Position numbers and translations under genes: made by a program. A model generated the notes under the pieces. The model saw only the letters and a program-made list of their open reading frames with translations, was not told the origin of the DNA and searched no databases. Below are positions 56,910-64,000 of a stretch of DNA of 64,000 bases, piece after piece. Source of the stretch: Eledone cirrhosa (lineage: Eukaryota); NCBI GenBank assembly GCA_964016885.1, contig OZ024750.1:52080001-52144000 (forward strand), read 5' to 3'. Every line of letters starts with the position of its first letter. The first letter of the stretch is position 1.

Positions 56910-57289
56910 ACTTTGACATCGATAGTCACAACATCCTACTAACTACCACAATTATTATCATATCTCAACTTTATCATAGTCCTCATTGCCACTGTTACAT
57001 TCATTACAATTGTAGTTCTTGTTAATATTATATTGTATTCTTTATCATGTCCCTCATTATTAAACATATCACCATGTAGTCACCACTCTCACCCACACCA
57101 ATACGTACCCAACACGCAAACCACCAGCATCCTACACATTACCACAATTAGTTTCATCACTGCCATTTGTATCACCAATTTCATCACCATTATTACATAC
57201 GGGGTCGATAAAATAAAGTACCAGTAATGAACTGGGTAATTGCTGACCTTGTGCCAAAAGTAGAAACAATTATTACATACATATATATA

Positions 57290-57483
57290 AGGGCGGTGGA
57301 TTGGCAGTAACGGTAGAGGGTCGGACGCCATGCTTTGACGTATAGAGTTACGGCCCTTGCCATTCTGAGTTCAAATCCCGCCGAGGTTGACTTTGCCTTT
57401 CATCCTTACGGGGTCGATAAAATAAAGTACCAGTAATGCACTGGGTAATTGCTGGCCTTGTGCCAAAAGTAGAAACAATTATT
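57290..57483 (+). mobile_element. tRNA-derived SINE with a Meta-like central domain; further copies at 57197-57274 (3' part), 58570-58758 and 24600-24650
   Basis: B box GAGTTCAAATCCC, central GACTTTGCCTTTCATCCTTACGGGGTCGATAAAATAAAGTACC, (ATT) end. Confidence 0.8.
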
Positions 57484-57678
57484 ACATACATATATTACCT
57501 ATACATACAATATACCTATATATATACATACAATATACCTATATATATACATACAATATACCTATATATATACATACATATATACCTATATATATATATA
57601 CATACAATATACCTATATATATACATACATATATACCTATATATATATATATACATACAATATACCTATATATATATA

Positions 57679-57710
<32 letters not shown>

Positions 57711-58091
57711 CATACATACATATATTACCTATACATACAATATACCTATATATATACATACAATATACCTATATATATATATACATACATACATATATAC
57801 CTATATATATACATACATATATACCTATATATATATACATACTTATATTACCTATACATACATATATACCTATATATATACATACAAATATTGTTATACT
57901 TGGGGAGGGTCATATTTGTGTAATATTGCCAGAATTAATAACAGAACACACTCACTGTTTGGTTGGTTTTCGCTTCTCGCTGTCTTTTATATCTGCAATC
58001 TAACTTACTCGGTCCTCAATGTTGCCATTGACTGACCGACGGTCAAAAATAATACAGATACAATATAGACACAAACACAGATATATAGTTT

Positions 58092-58133
58092 ATCATAAAT
58101 CTTTCGTTGCACATCTGCAACATCGTCAGTGGT
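58092..58133 (-). ncRNA. Minimal type I hammerhead ribozyme, slightly degenerate
   Basis: Reverse complement ACCA-CUGACGA-U-GUUGCA-gaug-UGCAAC-GAAA-GAUU-UA-UGAU. Confidence 0.68.
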
Positions 58134-58502
58134 TCTATTGTTTCCTCCTGTTGAATTGTATGGCTACGCCATTTTTATTCAGTCTGTCTATACATGCACA
58201 CATATATACCTATATATATATATACATACATACATATATACCTATATATATATATATACATACATACATACATATATTACCTATACATACATATATACCT
58301 ATATATATATATAAGTATTGAAGTTTCCGTTGAAAATTGAAAAAGTCATAGGAGTGAAGATTGCTCTATGTATGTTACAGAGCTAAATTTAATGTATAAT
58401 AAACAATACAATATAATTAATGAGGTAATGAGGTAATTATATCGTATTGTTTATTATACATTACCTATATATATATATATATATACATACATATATATAT
58501 AC

Positions 58503-58569
<67 letters not shown>

Positions 58570-58573
<4 letters not shown>

Positions 58574-58758
58574 GAATTGGCAGTATCTGTAGAGGGTCGG
58601 ACACCATGCTTTCCAACATAGTTACGTCCCTCTACGGTCCGATTTCAAATCCCGTCGAGGTTAAATTTACCTTTCATCCTTACGGAGTCGATAAAATAAA
58701 GTACCAGTAATGTACTGGAATAATTGCTGGCCTTGTGCCTAAAGTAGAAACAATTATT
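58570..58758 (+). mobile_element. SINE copy (family of 57290-57483)
   Basis: Collinear similarity along its whole length. Confidence 0.8.
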
Positions 58759-58867
58759 TCTACCATCACATTTATTTCCCATCACATTTTCATCCTTCTA
58801 ATATCCTTTAAAAAATGTTCCTACATATATTCCTATATGATATTTATCTAGATGCACTGCTAGTACA

Positions 58868-61800
58868 TACACACCTACCTGAGGGTATGTATAGAGACAC
58901 ACCTGCCTGAGGGTATGTATGGAGACACACCTGCCCGAGGGTATGTATAGAGACACACCTACCTGAGGGTATGTATGGAGACACACTTGCCTGAGGGTAT
59001 GTATAGAGACACACCTACCTGAGGGTATGTATGGAGACACACCTGCCTGAAGGTATGTATGGAGACACACCTGTCTGAGGGTATGTATGGAGACACACCT
59101 GCCTGAGGGTATGTATGGAGACACACCTGGCTGAGGGTATGTATAGAGACACACCTGCCTGAGGGTATGTATAGAGACACACCTGCCTGAGGATATGTAT
59201 GGAGACACACCTGCCTGAGGGTATGTATGGAGACACACCTGCCTGAGGGTATGTATAGAGACACACCTGTCTGAGGGTATGTATGGAGACACACCTACCT
59301 GAGGGTATGTATGGAGACACACCTGCCTGAAGGTATGTATGGAGACACACCTGCCTGAGGGTATGTATAGAGACACACCTACCTGAGGGTATGTATGGAG
59401 ACACACCTGTCTGAGGGTATGTATGGAGACACACCTGCCTGAGGGTATGTATAGAGACACACCTGTCTGAGGGTATGTATGGAGACACACCTGCCTGAGG
59501 ATATGTATGGAGACACACCTGCCTGAGGGTATGTATGGAGACACACCTGCCTGAGGGTATGTATGGAGACACATCTACCTGAGGGTATGTATGGAGACAC
59601 ACCTACCTGAAGGTATGTATGGAGAGACATCTACCTGAGGGTATGTATGGAGACACATCTACCTGAGGGTATGTATGGAGACACACCTACCTGAGGGTAT
59701 GTATGGAGACACACCTGCCTGAGGGTATGTATGGAGACACACCTACCTGAGGGTATGTATGGAGACACACTTGCCTGAGGGTATGTATGGAGACACACCT
59801 GCCTGAGGGTATGTATGGATATACACCTGCCTGAGGGTATGTATGGAGACACACCTGCCTGAGGGTATGTATGGAGACACACCTGCCTGAGGGTATGTAT
59901 AGAGACACACCTGCCTGAGGGTATGTATAGAGACACACCTGTCTGAGGGTATGTATGGAGACACACCTGCCTGAGGGTATGTATGGAGACACACCTGCCT
60001 GAGGGTATGTATAGAGACACACCTGTCTGAGGGTATGTATGGAGACACACCTGCCTGAGGGTATGTATAGAGACACACCTATCTGAGGGTATGTATGGAG
60101 ACACACCTGCCTGAGGGTATGTATGGAGACACACCTACCTGAGGGTATGTCTGGAGACACACCTGCCTGAAGGTATATATGGAAACAAACCTACCTGAGG
60201 GTATGTATGGAGACACACCTGCCTGAGGGTATGTATAGAGACACATCTGCCTGAGGGTATGTATGGAGATACACCTACCTGAGGGTATGTATGGAGACAC
60301 ACCTGCCTGAGGGTATGTATGGAGACACACCTGCCTGAGGGTATGTATAGAGACACACCTGTCTGAGGGTATGTATGGAGACACACTTGCCTGAGGGTAT
60401 GTATAGAGACACACCTGTCTGAGGGTATGTATGGAGACACACCTACCTGAGGGTATGTATGGAGACACACCTGTCTGAGGGTATGTATGGAGACACACCT
60501 GCCTGAGGGTATGTATGGATATACACCTGCCTGAGGGTATGTATGGAGACACACCTGTCTGAGGGTATGTATGGAGACACACCTGCCTGAGGGTAAGTAT
60601 GGAGACACACCTGTCTGAGGGTATGTATGGAGACACACCTGTCTGAGGGTATGTATAGAGAGACACCTACCTGAGGGTATGTATAGAGACACACCTACCT
60701 GAGGGTATGTATGGAGACACACCTACCTGAAGGTATGTATGTAGACACACCTACCTGAAGGTATGTATGGAGAGACACCTACCTGAGGGTATGTATGGAG
60801 ACACACCTGCCTGAGGGTATGTATGGAGACACACCTGCCTGAGGGTATGTATGGAGACACACCTGCCTGAGGGTATGTATAGAGACACACCTGCCTGAGG
60901 GTATGTATGGAGACACATCTACCTGAGGGTATGTATGGAGACACATCTACCTGAGGGTACGTATGGAGACACACCTGCCTGAGGGTATGTATGGAGACAC
61001 ACCTGCCTGAGGGTATGTATGGAGACACACCTGCCTGAGGGTATGTATGGAGACACACCTATCTGAGGGTATGTATGGAGACACATCTACCTGAGGGTAT
61101 GTATGGAGACACACCTGCCTGAGGGTATGTATGGAGACACACCTGCCTGAGGGTATGTATGGAGACACACCTGCCTGAGGGTATGTATGGAGACACACCT
61201 ATCTGAGGGTATGTATGGAGACACATCTACCTGAGGGTATGTATGGAGACACACCTGCCTGAGGGTATGTATAGAGACACACCTGTCTGAGGGTATGTAT
61301 GGAGACACACCTACCTGAGGGTATGTATGGAGACACACCTGTCTGAGGGTATGTATGGAGACACACCTGCCTGAGGGTATGTATGGATATACACCTGCCT
61401 GAGGGTATGTATGGAGACACACCTGTCTGAGGGTATGTATGGAGACACACCTGCCTGAGGGTAAGTATGGAGACACACCTGTCTGAGGGTATGTATGGAG
61501 ACACACCTGTCTGAGGGTATGTATAGAGAGACACCTACCTGAGGGTATGTATAGAGACACACCTACCTGAGGGTATGTATGGAGACACACCTACCTGAAG
61601 GTATGTATGGAGACACACCTACCTGAAGGTATGTATGGAGACACACCTGCCTGAGGGTATGTATGGAGACACACCTATCTGAGGGTATGTATGGAGACAC
61701 ATCTACCTGAGGGTATGTATGGAGACACACCTGCCTGAGGGTATGTATGGAGACACACCTGCCTGAGGGTATGTATGGAGACACACCTGCCTGAGGGTAT

Positions 61801-62350
61801 GTATGGAGACACACCTGCCTGAAGGTATGTATGGAGACACACCTGTCTGAGGGTATGTATGGAGACACACCTGCCTGAGGGTATCTATAGAGAGACACCT
61901 GCCTGAGGGTATGTATGGATATACACCTGCCTGAGGGTATGTATGGAGACACACCTGCCTGAGGGTATGTATGGAGACACATCTACCTGAGGGTATGTAT
62001 GGAGACACACCTGCCTTAGAGTATGTATGGATATACACCTGCCTGAGGGTATGTATGGAGACACACCTGGCTGAGGGTATGTATGGAGACACATCTACCT
62101 GAGGGTATGTATGGAGACACACCTGCCTGAGGGTATGTATGGAGACACACCTGCCTGAGGGTATGTATGGAGACACACCTATCTGAGGGTATGTATGGAG
62201 ACACATCTACCTGAGGGTATGTATGGAGACACATCTACCTGAGGGTATGTATGGAGACACACCTGCCTGAGGGTATGTATGGAGACACACCTGCCTGAGG
62301 GTATGTATGGAGACACACCTGCCTGAGGGTATGTATGGAGACACACCTGT
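58868..62350. repeat. 28-bp tandem array, ~124 units (GAGGGTATGTATGGAGACACACCTGCCT)
   Basis: Unit counted directly; copy number is length/28. Confidence 0.96.
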
Positions 62351-62665
62351 AGACTGATATAGTTGTATGAACGTCCGGACCTATGAGCACGTATGTGTCT
62401 GAGTGTGTGCATATGCAGAGATACAGATATGTGTATGTATATACGCGCGTGTGTGTGCAGCTATGTATACTCTGTGTGAGTGTGTGTGTGTAGCTATGTA
62501 TACTCTGTGTGAGTGTGTGTGTGACTGTAGCTATGTATACGTGTGTGTGTGTGAGTGTGTGTGTGTGTAGCTATGTATACTGTGTGTGTATGTGTGTAGC
62601 TATGTATACTGTGTGTGTGTAGCTATGTATATTGTGTGTGTGTGTGGGAGTGTGTGTAGCTATGT

Positions 62666-62778
<113 letters not shown>

Positions 62779-62935
62779 CTATGTACAAGCTAACCCATAT
62801 AGCTAGAGTAGCAACTATTTCATGTATCCCTTCACACATATATATATATATATGTATGTATAGATGGATGTATGGATGGATGTATGTATGTATATATGTA
62901 TGTATATATGTATGTATGTATATATGTTGTCAAAA

Positions 62936-63069
62936 GCTTTTGACAACAGCTGGTGATATGCATGTAAGTAAATATTCTCCCTATCTGATATTTGGTAACT
63001 AACCTAACATAGATCGATAACGAAGTATAGTTACGATGTATTATCATCACCTAGAAACGATCGTAAAGC
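62936..63069 (+). ncRNA. Degenerate long-stem-II hammerhead motif (family D-like)
   Basis: GCUU-UUGACAA (mutated core)-GGUGAU...AUCACC-GAAA-CGAUCG-UA-AAGC; shares CCTAGAAACGATCGTAAA with 20255-20272. Confidence 0.55.
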
Positions 63070-63527
63070 AGTGAAGTATATTTCTAATGACTTGATTTTT
63101 TATTTCATTGTTTTAACTTATATCATGACTCTGTTTTCCTTTTAATGTTTTATTGTTTTTCGGGATTTATTTTAACCTACGACATATTCAACATATGTAT
63201 TACATTGAGTTCTTCATGCAGACTAGACCCCACAACTTACCGTGGATATCTCTGTGTATATATATATGTATATATGTATTTATGTATGTATGTATATATG
63301 TATGTATATATGTATTTATGTATGTATGTATATATGTATGTATATATGTATTTATGTATGTATGTATATATGTATGTATATATGTATTTATTTATGTATG
63401 TATGTATATATGTATGTATGTATGCATGTACGTATGTATGTATGTATGTATATATGTATTTATGTATGTATGTATATATGTATGTATATATGTATGTATG
63501 TATGTATATATATATGTATGTATGTGT

Positions 63528-63851
63528 CACCTCTTTCTCTTAATTTCGAGTGTATTTTTTTGACCGGCCACCTTCCTGGTGGCAAGGTTGTAAAAGAAAA
63601 GGAATTGTCATCCCTTGAATCGCAAGAACGTTTTGCAAATTTTGAAGGTGCCAGCTATCGCAGCCATTTGTAGACTATGAAATAGGGAGCTGCGCTCTTT
63701 GTCCGCAAATCCAAGTTCAGTCATACTTTGGTCCAAGCGAGTTGGTATATAACCCGTAGCTCCAATAATGATGGGTATGAAGCTAAAGGTGTATCTTGGA
63801 TACTGGATTTGTAAACTCCTCATCAATGGTCTGTAGATGTCCTCCTTCTCC
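63528..63851 (-). mobile_element. 5'-truncated R4/Dong-like RLE retrotransposon, same family as 1-318
   Basis: ORF 63608..63826(-) is nearly identical to 19..237(+); (TATG)n-type repeat on both sides. Confidence 0.75.
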
Positions 63852-64000
63852 TGTATGTATGTATATATGTATTTATGTATGTATGCCTGTCTGTATGCAT
63901 GTATGTATATATGTATCCCAGTACAACCTGTCTCATGGTCGGGTCGTCGGCGACTAAACTGGCAACCCCACCAAGTTTTCTTGGTGAGGAGGGTGACTTT

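Larger units (their letters stand above)
33340..57195 (+). mobile_element. Degenerate Naiad-type PLE split by an internal 57-bp satellite array
   Basis: RT remnants 33450-34430 (LIAPSKSDLG, FDITMESTDSAQITD, GLYRDG, NFLDVTL, SNHP, YYNSALDKAGY); linker and GIY-YIG resume after ~55893. Confidence 0.88.

Noticed and set aside
58798-62412. Many ORFs over the 28-bp array
   Set aside because: They come from translating a 28-bp unit through cycling frames; no domain evidence.

Overview
AT-rich, repeat-saturated eukaryotic DNA with no supported host gene. The dense (TA)n tracts and the SINE/LINE types suggest a cephalopod such as octopus (inference). The window is a nest of retroelements inserted into microsatellites. 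There are three large Penelope-like elements (PLEs) of Naiad type (RT plus C-terminal GIY-YIG), many short PLE 3'-end fragments, a near full-length degenerate Tx1/L1-like LINE, RTE LINE fragments, two R4/Dong-like 3' ends and several tRNA-SINEs. Four structures stand out. (1) About 20 type I hammerhead ribozyme (HHR) motifs, intact or degenerate, from several unrelated families; most have a minimal stem III closed by a family-specific palindrome. (2) Repeated fold-back insertions between (TA)n tracts whose turning point lies at or just upstream of the HHR and whose inverted arm lacks the 3' tail. (3) A ~21.5-kb array of a 57-bp (19-codon) unit that grew inside the RT-endonuclease linker of one Naiad element and contains a 7,865-bp tandem duplication. 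(4) A 3.5-kb array of a 28-bp unit. All alignments and RNA folds were done by eye, and element boundaries are approximate.
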